NCBI GenBank assembly: GCA_012295275.1
Contig: CM022677.1
Span: forward strand, 13,454,001 to 13,518,000
Length of the DNA stretch: 64,000 bases
Source of the DNA: Chrysomallon squamiferum
Lineage: Eukaryota > Animalia > Mollusca
Direction of reading: 5' to 3'
Of the stretch, positions 53,351-64,000 are shown piece by piece (position 1 is the stretch's first letter; every line of letters begins with the position of its first letter). The translations under genes and the position numbers were made by a program. Under the pieces are notes generated by a model. That model was not told the origin of the DNA. It did not search any database and saw only the letters and a program-made list of their open reading frames with translations.

Positions 53351-55145
53351 ATTAATGATATTAGTCGGTTGGCATCACTCCCCATTAGCCAGCGTGAAGT
53401 TCACTTCGAAAATGGTTGTCAGATTGCAAGCAACATAAAAATTAATCTCGTTTATCTGCTTTTTGAGTGTGTATTCAGAGTAATTGTAACTAATAAATAT
53501 GTTTAGTAGTTCTGATGTGATACAAATATTGTTGTTCACTGTTACTGCTGTAGTAATTTGTCAGCGATAGCGCAAATATAGATTCAAAAATGTAGTGTAT
53601 GTATTGTTTCTAGTAAACTTAAACGTGCTAATAAAACAGTTAAATATATAAAATCCTATCTGTTATTACTCATAGAGCAAACCCAATTTGGGTAGCTTAC
53701 CCATTCTGTTATGGCTTTCCATTTCGTTTACATGGAAATCTGAATTTAGGGTCAGTTACTGCTATCGTTATAGGATCCTGTGACACTGCCTTGAAAAAAA
53801 GTAATGATAAAGATTTTAGGTAAAAAGGAGTTACACTAGTTCAAAGCAAAGCGATAAGCCACGGTCATAAAGAACGGTACCAAGGTCTGGAAGGAATTTT
53901 AAACATATCGGCTAAAGTAGCGAACATGGATGCAATTTGTTAGCAATAACAATTCTCTTAAAGGCTCGTTTCTATTTCTCCAAGTTTCGCCACCGCAGCA
54001 CGAGAAAGTTTCTTCAACCGATATTAACGATTGAGGATATCTTGTACCTAAAAAATAAGAGGATGATGGAAATTTTATGTGTAGAAAGTCTTCTGATTTC
54101 AGTTCATTGTTTCAAGCTTTATTGAAACAAATACTGTGATCGAAGTTCATTAAATTTTAAAATATTCTTTAAAACGCAAGATATTTTTTATGAAATGTTC
54201 AAAATGTCATGTTGACTGCATGAGATTACAATCCTACAGTAGCTAATGTAATAGCTAATTAATTATATATTAATATAATATACATTTAATCTATTCAGGG
54301 TAGAACAACAATAAACATTCAGTCAAATACCAGTATTTTTATCACATTCCCAAAATAAAGCGATAATAGTTTGTTTACGATACAAAACGGATTTTAGAAA
54401 ACATTTAGCGGTATACATATTTTCATGATATTGATATTTCAAATAAATAAAGATTAATACCTGATCTACATTTCATATTTGTTACGGAAGTGAAAAGTGC
54501 TACACATTTTTCTTTTCCTTTCCTTTCATTATTTTATTTATTTATTTATTTATTTTGTTTATTTTTTATTTTTATTTTATTTTTAGTTTTTGTTTTTTTA
54601 TTTTTTAAATAAAACACCCTCCCACGCTACCACAACGATAACAACAAATCGTGGCTAAAAATCAGTGAACATCTTGTTTTTGACTTAACGAACATTTTGA
54701 GAATTATAACTACCTTTTGCGACATTTGCACAAAAGGAGGAAACATGGCAAATGGATTATGGGCTCCTTGGTATTATTATTGCCATTATTGCCATCTCAG
54801 GACATCCAATAAAAGTGCTGATTCGATATTTGAGATCCAATGAAAACTGGTGCCGAACCTGATTACCTCTGTATATAATGAACTTGGCCTGTGCATACAT
54901 CTGGTTTCTTTCTAACATTCAGAGGCGGAGCGCATTGTTCCTAAATCGATTATGTAACATTAACCGAAAGCAGAATAAGCGTTCACTGCTCATTTGTTGT
55001 AGATTTGTTACTTTTTCATTATTATCATCATCATCTTCCTCTTCCTCATTATCATGATCATAATCATCATCATGAACATTATTATTATTATTGTTATTAT
55101 TCGTATTCTTCTTATTCTTATTACTATAATTACAGTTACTGTTAC

Positions 55146-55209
<64 letters not shown>

Positions 55210-55692
55210 TAAACTGGTCATTTCTAATTCATAAACATTTCCTTTCAGTTACAAAACAAGCGACCAATAATAAACAATTTTACATCAATTTCATCTTCTA
55301 TTAAAAAATAATAAATAAATAAAAGAAAAGTAAAAAGCATAACGATTTTTTTTTTTTATTAATGCTTATGGCTTGCTTCTGTAAAAGAAAACGACAAAAA
55401 TATTATAAATAACTAACATATTTTACGAGTAATTTACTTATATTCAGTAAACAGAATATGTGAACGTTACATTTATCATTAACTGTTCGAATTCAGCCAT
55501 ATTCAACTTAAACATGTTCAAGATATTAGTTACTGATTATATTTACGTTATGCACACATACATATTCACATTGTGCACATATAATACAATATATGTGACA
55601 TAGTATATTAATAGTATGTACACTAAAGATATTATGACCTGCAAATACTTTGGCTATGACTGAAAAGTTCATACGAAGGACCAAATCATTGG

Positions 55693-56220
55693 GAATACTT
55701 TTAGATAATACCTTCTTTTTAATTATTTACATCCACTATATTCGATATATAGATTATTTCGATATTTGATATTTGCATGCTTTATGCAATAAAACCTCGA
55801 TCCCAAATTTCCATAAGTGACGTATCGTTAAGCGGGAGACTAATTTACATAGAATTAAGGTTAAAAGCCTTTCTCGCTGATTTGACCGGAAATAAGGAGA
55901 AATAAAACGGCAGTTTAGACATAAATTATTTTCATTTTTAGATATTGGTAAACAGTAAAATTTACAAAACAATTTTACAAATCATTAAGAAATAAATTGT
56001 GGGTTTGATTTCATTTTAATGTATTTTGTTTCTAAAGTTATTGTCTTCCGTTTCTTTTTATCATCAGCATTTCCTTATCGTGTCTGACTGTCTGTTCACA
56101 ACAAATAGTTTATATTGGATATGTATACAGAGAACGATACGTCTATCGGAAATTTGGGTGTTTTGAGGTATTACCAGTTCGAAATTCAAATAAAACACTG
56201 TCTGGATTATCTGTATTATA
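55693..56220. mobile_element. Deletion-riddled mirror copy of the fold-back element at 46536-47247
   Basis: Same sequence order but with many 1-30 bp deletions. Confidence 0.7.
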
Positions 56221-57127
56221 TAATATGTTTAATATGATATAGATGAGAAGGGCCAGTATTATCACAGAAGAAACATTAATATTTACTTTATAGTTTCATT
56301 GTTATATTTTAACAAGATATTTGTATATAACTAAAAATATTAAACATAGTTTATATAGATGAGAAGGGCCAGTTTACAAATTTTATTAAAAACAAAACAT
56401 CAAACGTTATTTTCACTCAGTATCAGTTTATGGTAAAAAATAAATGGCGCTGGTTTTATGTATTAATGTGAATTACGTTGCCTTTTATTCAAATAGAAAA
56501 CGCCGCTTATCCCTGTGAATTTTAATTTTAATATCGTTTGCTATGCAAAATCAAATTTTGTGATTCAAGTAAAGTGTAACTTCTCACGTGTTCAGTATTA
56601 ACAGTTATTTGTTTCTGAATTTACAAGTCGAGCGCTGTAAAATGCCACTATAAATAAAAGCTCAGATAATGATTAATGTGATATTTGATTAACAACAGAA
56701 CAGATTTCACTAAAAAGTTCTGCATGATGCTGAAAATTGAGCGCAGTTTTCACATGTAATTTAAAATTGATTGACGACATTTACTTTATTAAAATGATCA
56801 GATTATTTTTGAAAAGCCGATAATACTCCTTTAGCTGTATCCAAATGTTTACTGACAATTATATACATATTTGTTAGAGATAAACATAATAAAATATTAA
56901 TGTAAACAGTGGTATAGCTACTAAGATTGAACGTAATTTATTCGTATAAGTGGCACAGTTGGTAGTAAATAAAAATGTAAATTCTGTCGAGAAATCTCAA
57001 ATTATCTTTAGAAAATTACGCTAATAAAAGTCTGTTATTAATCTCTTGCAAACTGAGCTGAGAAGTTACTCCTTACATCTTGTAGGAGGAGATCTCTCTG
57101 TATTTAAAATAATAATAATAATAATAA

Positions 57128-57175
<48 letters not shown>

Positions 57176-60100
57176 CATACATTTTTTTTTTTAAAAATCA
57201 TAAATAAAAATAATGATAATAATAATAATTATAATAAAATAAATAAATAATAATAAAAATAAATAAATAAATAAGAGATCGGAGCCTGGTTATGCGTGAG
57301 TAGGCAGAACAATTTGTGAAATTGTGATAAAATAAACTGACGTATGAAGCTTAATAAATTTAATAATTTTGCTGAATATGTTCTGAATTTTTTTTTTTTT
57401 TTTAATAAAATGTGATTTAGAGAGACAGGAAAAGATATGATCAGTGTTGTTTTCTGATACTTATAACTGTGATAATTACAAGTCCCGCGTAATATGTAGA
57501 ACTACAGAGATGCTGTGAGAGTAATATTGTACAATTTAAAAAAAAAGGTGATATTCCAGGAAACTGAGATTAATATGTTATTAAACTGATAATTAATCCT
57601 CTAATTACTAATATATTGTGAATTATAGTTAATACAAAATATATATATATTACTATCTCACTAATTAAAATTGCATAACGCCCTAAATAAAGAAAATAAC
57701 ACGTTATTTTTTTAATCAGTCCTATTTTTATTCGAACATACTTTGCCAGGATTAAGAAACAAAAAATACTAATATAATAAAATAAATAAATATATTTATA
57801 TAAAAAATAAACAATAAGAAAAAAGAAAAAAAGAGAAACATTAAGTTTTTAATGGAGCGCAGTTTATACGGAAAAATGTAGAATCAGAAAAAATAATGTG
57901 AGAGTTTTATATTGATTTCAAAATCTTCATCTTTTCCTGTATTATGAATTTAAAAAAGACAAAAAAAAAAAAGACATTGTCTTCGCCTCAGAAACTTGTT
58001 TTACACGGTAGACTGTAAAACTGATGACGTAATCGAGACCTCGCGTGACACTTTGCATCTGTTTTACTCCATGTTTACTATTGATGATAAATGAAATTTC
58101 AAATAAGAAATATTCAACTTGTTGATACAATTATATAAAATCAAAGCAGATATCATACAAAGAAACTGAAACACAATTTTACAATCAACATTGCAAAAGT
58201 AATTTAAAACAATTAATTTTAAAATGAACATGCAACACTGAAACAGTAAGTTTAATAGGAGATACTCTTAAAGTATATAAACTATTAGGAAGATGCACAA
58301 AGATATAGAGAGAACAATAATAATAATAACTAATTTGGACAGTTCATAGAGAGAAGCAGGCGACGACAGAAAAATGTTACAACTAACAGGATCGCTGTAG
58401 ACATACATAACGATATGAGCCGGCCAATTGATGGGTATGCAAGATGTATATATATATATGTATATATATATGTATTATATGTAAAAGATAAGGCACTTGG
58501 CTGACCAGCAATAAACACTTCGGAACTCGACTCATCTGTCTTTCATTGTTGTGTTTAGACTGGACACCATTGCTCCCAGACTGCATCCCCCAAAGTAGTT
58601 ATACAGCAAAATAATAAGCAAGGACAAAAATTAATCACGGTTACAGGATGTTATCTGTGAGAAAGAGTTAATGTGTTTGCGGTCAGGGAGAACTGTTGTA
58701 TGTGAAAGACAATGTCCTTGTTTATGGATAAATAAATACAAGTTCTAAGTGTTTTGATTGTTTTTTTTTTTTTTTAAAATGAACAGAAAAATGATATACA
58801 ATTAGATATAAAAATACAATTATTAAACTGGATTATTTTAATGATTTAGTCTTATATTATTGTCTTGATTTTGAATTGTTCTTATTAACATTAAATGATA
58901 TTTGAAAAAAACCTGAAATTAATCAGGCTAAAAAATAATTTTAGCTCTATTAAAACCAGTATCATTTTTAAAAACATATTTGCAGTAATTTTTATTTTAA
59001 AGAAAATGAAACTGGAATGATGTATGTAATAATAATAATAATAATAATTATTTGTTTATTTTTGTTTTAAATTATTTAAATGTGCCTTAACATTTTTAAT
59101 GTTAACAAACTGAAACAACTTAAGCATTATTTTCTATTTTGATTATTGTTTTTAGATAAGATGCAATGGGTTTGAGTTTGTAGATGTCCGGATTTAAAAC
59201 AGTTAAGAACAAATAATATTTTCGTATTAAAAATATTTGTATTGTCACCCATTTATGTAACATAATTTACCTTGGAAAATTAAATACCATTTTGTACTTC
59301 ATTTTTTTTTAAAGAGATAATTATTTTCTTTCTTTTGAATTATTTTCATATTTGTTTTTTTGTTTATTTATTATTTTAATTTTTTTTTCACAGATTATAA
59401 ACAAATTGGAAGACATTTCCAATTGCACATTTTTGAAATAATTTTTTGAATTTTATGAAAATGTGAAAGGCAAATTATAAAATACTCGGAAAAATTCCAA
59501 TTATGTACATTTTTTTTGTTTCTCTTATTTTTTTTTATCATTTATAAATTATTTTCTGTTTTTTAAAGACTCCTTATTGAAATAATTCAATTATTCTTTC
59601 TAAAGTGGCAAAGGCAAATTATAAAAACTGCCAGAAATGTCTAAACAAAAATAATTGAATATTTAAGTTTTATTATCTAGACAGGTTTTTAAGTAATTTC
59701 AACTTGAAGATCATCATGTTTCTTCTAATTAAAAATAACAAAGTTATGGTTAATGCAAATAAAATTTTAATTTAGTTAATAGTTAATTTTATTAATAGTC
59801 ATTACCTCCAATAAACCCTTGATTTTCCCATGATTTAAATAATATAAAGACATTTTAAAAAAAAGATTTCCTGAATTATAAAAAAAGAAACAGCAAAAAA
59901 AACAAACAATTCTAATTACCCCAACTACACAATCTTCAATTATATCTACATTACCCCCAGCAAACTCCCCTCATTTAAATAAGATAAAAAAAAAAACTGG
60001 TTGTCACATTAATTTTTGCTTATTTAGAAAAATGGCATTCCATAGCAATGATGCATATCCATTCCTCTTCCAGTGATAAAAATTAGAATAACCAAGCACA

Positions 60101-60291
60101 TATCAGTGATAAAAACAGTGCAAGCTGCTATGAAGTACAATGTGTACACTGGATGTTCTGATCACATTGACAATGTAGTCTCTTGGAGATCACTAAGTTA
60201 CAAATTACATTTCAGACAGATTTTCTCTTGAAAGTGTTGAGCTTTCTCTGGACAGGGAAGACTGTGATGTAATAGCATTCTGGTGCTTTAG

Positions 60292-61814
60292 TTAACCTTT
60301 TCTGAAAATGTGTCTTACAACATTTTCAACTGAAGTGCTGGATGAGGCAGCTTGAACCTGTTGTCTAGGATCCTACAACAAAATATAATATTCATTAATA
60401 AACTAAACATAAAATAAAGTGCAAGTAGTATTTCTGTTGTCAGCTCTAACTGTATTTCATCCAGTTAGCAAGAAGAGTTTTAGACACATTTGTATATTTT
60501 TCCATACAATTTTAATAATAAAAACAATTTATTAAATGTTTTTATTATTCTTAATTTGAATCTTATTTTTTAACTTGGGTATAAAAGGATTAAAATAGCA
60601 ATACACCAGTAAAAGAGATTATGAACAATATTTAAGATGATTGCCAGGACTATTAAGTAAATAAACATTTTAAACCTACATAGCTATTACATTAGCCAAT
60701 AAGAAAATGTTCTTCTAATACTGATTCTACTTGAAATACTAACATGATGAAAATACATTTGAGATTATTCTGACAATCTTTAACCTTTAACAATCATTAT
60801 AGTTACATCATTAATAACAAATTATTTGAATAATTAAAATATTTAATTTATAATTTAATTTTTGCCACTAATGAAATATATTTTGTCTTATAAATAAACC
60901 ACAATTATCTTAATTCAGCTAATAGTTACAATAATGAATCCATTATGTATATTTTAAAATGTATTTAAAACAAAGACAACATTACACTTGCAGGTGATAA
61001 AAATAACAAAATAAGCAAAATCTTTCAAGCCAATTCCATCCATATACCAAATTTCAAAATATTGTAAATATCTTTAGCCCTACCACATAAAGTATTAAAT
61101 GTATATATTTCATATTAGAGTGAAGTATTAATAAAAGTAAATTACAAATGTATACAAGTGTTCTGTTCACTACTCTATTAGGCTGACATGTAAATTATTA
61201 CAAGGTTTGTTGGTGTATGAACCATTATTACATTGATTTTGTACCAGCTAAACTAATCATTTAAAATATCAAGCAAATAGGCATGCTTTGTGAACAATTT
61301 ATATAAAACTATCAATACTATTCTGTAATTAAAAACAAATTGTCAGCATGCTGTTTGATTAAATTCATTCTTAATGAAATGAGCTATAAACACAAAAGTG
61401 AATGAATAAAACATACCTTTAGAGCAGCATTCAATCCACACATAGACATGCAGCTTTTAGAACCTGGACCAAAACAAATTAAACTCATTCTTAATTAATA
61501 AAAATAAATAAAATATAACAACAGCTATATAGATTATATTTTTAATTAAAAAAACAGGACCCCCCACAAACTACTACAACAACAAAAACAAAAAACAATC
61601 AAACTTTCACGTTATAAATTGTCTTCTTTAGTGTTGAAACACTAACATAAACATGCATTTTATTTCCCAATCATATTTAATAATTAATCAAATTTGTAAA
61701 ATTCATAGATTGTTGACTAAGAATTGCTAATAACATTACCTATTTCTGTAAAATTGCTGCCAAAAGGCTTTTTCACTGCCATTAACTGTTTCCTGAAATT
61801 AAATCATTATTTTG

Positions 61815-61849
<35 letters not shown>

Positions 61850-62251
61850 CAAGAACAAAAAAAAGCCAACACAATGCCATCTTTAATTCTTAAGAGCTTT
61901 CAATTCAGCAACAAATAATTTACATTATTTTTTCTTACAAATATCTGAATTAACAGCCTTTTTCATCAATGTATATCTGATTAGGGCTAATAAAATAAAA
62001 AAAAATAAAAAATGCAAGTAATGAGATAGCAGTTGACAAAAATATTACATTCTGATTATTTTTACCTTACTTTTTATACAAATATCATAATCATCTTTGT
62101 CAGTTAAAGAGGTGACACATGTGAATGGATAAGAAAAGACAGTGTTAACTTACTTGATCTCTTCAAGTTTTGTTTGATATTTTTTGTGTGATTGTCTAAT
62201 GTTCCCAACATGAGTAACCTTTACTTCCACTGTACAACTGAGTCTCATCTC
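60292..62251 (-). CDS. Mirror copy of the four-exon unit (62251-62154, 61792-61740, 61463-61417, 60372-60292), open through the first three exons; possible small gene or pseudogene
   Basis: Spliced frame EMRLSCTVEVKVTHVGNIRQSHKKYQTKLEEIKKQLMAVKKPFGSNFTEIGSKSCMSMCGLNAALKDPRQQVQAASSSTSVENVVRHIFRKG*. All splice sites are conserved. Confidence 0.4.
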
Positions 62252-62711
62252 CTACAAAGAACTATATGGCTTAAGGAATGTTGAATGTTGAAATCAGTTC
62301 ATAAAGAAAAACAGATCTATGCTAATTCTGTTGAAGGTGCTTCTGAATGAAAAATTCTACTTTAGCTTTAATTATATGACTCAAATTTATTTTAGACACA
62401 TTTGTCATGCTAGCTTTAGATTATTTTTCAGTAAATAATTTGAATTGATAACTGCATCATTAAATCTCATTAGAATACGAAACAAAATATTTAAAAAAGG
62501 TTTCATTTTAATGTTTTTCTTTGCCTGGTTTTAGCATTTCAAGTTTTTCAAATTTTTTCTCCCTGATATTTGACTGTTGAGATTGGTGACCTGGTGTAAG
62601 ACTCTCCAACTTAAGAATTGTTGTCCAGGATAACAAAATTGAGCTTTTCATCGACAGAACTTTCAACAACTCTGAGTCAGAGTTATATTGTGGTGCACTG
62701 CCTAGTTGTAA

Positions 62712-62742
<31 letters not shown>

Positions 62743-63856
62743 AATACTGCTACTACTACATTTACTGCAACACTACATGCTACTTTTACTACCCTCATTA
62801 ATGTAACTAATATTTACTGTTATTCCTTATTCAGCTAGGGTTACTATTATTTTTTACTCTCTTCACTATTATTCCTATGCCTGAATTTCTTTATACTAAT
62901 ATTATTATAATTACTACAACAACAACTATGACTACTATTACTACTACTATCACTGCTGTTACTCTACTCTTCTTGTTACATTTATCATTTCTCTAAAAAC
63001 AACTACTATTAGTACTGCTACTACTACTACTACTACCACTACTACTGTTTACCAGGATGTCATCCAGGTGCTGTCAGTTTAATCAGGAAGCTGTCTGCAA
63101 CTGAAGGGAGACAATTACAAGATGATTCAATTTACCCTGACTTTTTGACAGTGAGACCTTAAAATTAATTAAGTTTATATAAATAATTTAAAAAGAAAAC
63201 AACACAACAACAGCATTAACAAGAATAAATCCTTTTACTTAGTATTCCTTGTTTTTCTTATTTCTACCATTGGATTAGCTTTGGTTAGAGTTAGGGTAAG
63301 GACTAGTGTTAGGGTTAGGACGAAAGTAAGGATTAGGTTTAGGCTATTTATTTATTTATTATTGATTCTTTTTTATTATTTTTATTGTTCTTTTTTTTTT
63401 TAAATGAATTTATTTATTACCAATGGCAAGTTCTTCCATTTCATTTTCTATTATGTTTTTCTTCTGGTTGTTAAGATACAATCTCGTCAATGGTGATGAC
63501 TTCCCAACCACTGAAAATAGTGACAACAGTCCTTCCTTCCTGATAGGAAAACAATATTAAAAAAAAAAAAAAACTTCAAAAACTTTAATTTCAAATTTAA
63601 AATGTGAGGAAGCAGGAACTACAGCTACTGGTGTTTTCTTAAGGAATCCAGGACAGTAATGGTCTGCCAGTATTGGTCAGGGGTATGAAATGTTATCTGT
63701 GTGTCTGAGGTCAAAGAGAGTTCAAGAGAGAAGAGAGAATATTAGGCAGGGGAGAAAGACATTTGAGACAATTCTCTGCATTATGATTACTATACTTCTA
63801 TAACATTATATTGTTATTGTATGTCATGAAGTATAAATAGGTAGAGAAAATAAAGA

Positions 63857-64000
63857 TGTAATTGAAGTGGCACGTGTGTAGTTTTTGTGTGAGGGTGTTT
63901 TATGCACCTGGCCACAAATGGCATCACCTACAGGATTGTAAGTTGTTTAAGTTTACAGACAATTGTTAAATTTAAAACAGGCAGTTGATAAATCTGAAAT
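63857..64000 (+). mobile_element. Start of another candidate LTR copy
   Basis: aataaaga|TGTAATTGAAGTGG as at 23459, preceded by the same ~330-bp upstream sequence. Confidence 0.6.

Larger units (their letters stand above)
53464..64000. repeat. Right arm of the >10 kb inverted repeat (continues past the window end)
   Basis: tgagtgtgtattcagag at 53464 is the reverse complement of ctctgaatacacactca ending at 49453. Colinear to the window end. Confidence 0.97.

Overview
Very AT-rich, microsatellite-laden eukaryotic DNA, probably from an invertebrate animal. It consists of four contigs joined by three 200-N gaps (8135-8334, 29766-29965, 49454-49653). No intact, recognisable protein-coding gene, RNA gene or CRISPR array is visible. 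Most of the window is duplicated: a ~4-4.6 kb tandem duplication (3.5-12.4 kb) with a third inverted partial copy (14.1-15.4 kb), tandem and inverted arrays of one internally deleted Ty3/Gypsy LTR element (21-26 kb +, 34-39 kb -, 63.5-64 kb +), and a >10 kb palindrome (about 38.7-49.45 kb vs 53.46-64 kb). The palindrome carries a nested 176-bp inverted repeat in its arms and a CGGBP1-like hAT transposase remnant in its spacer. The duplicated DNA contains isolated, damaged exons from unrelated host genes: an EGFR kinase DFG exon (two copies), an EGFR-like transmembrane/juxtamembrane exon, a Topors-like RING preceded by a 33-aa Ser/Thr repeat (two copies), an MCC C-terminal exon, an ankyrin-like exon (two copies) and an unidentified four-exon unit (two copies with different stops). 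The most interesting hypothesis is a fold-back exon-collage locus that could yield long hairpin RNA or piRNA against host genes and a retroelement. The main caveat is that each large duplication straddles an assembly gap, so haplotig or scaffolding artefacts must be excluded. All homology calls are by-eye motif recognition, and identity values are visual estimates.
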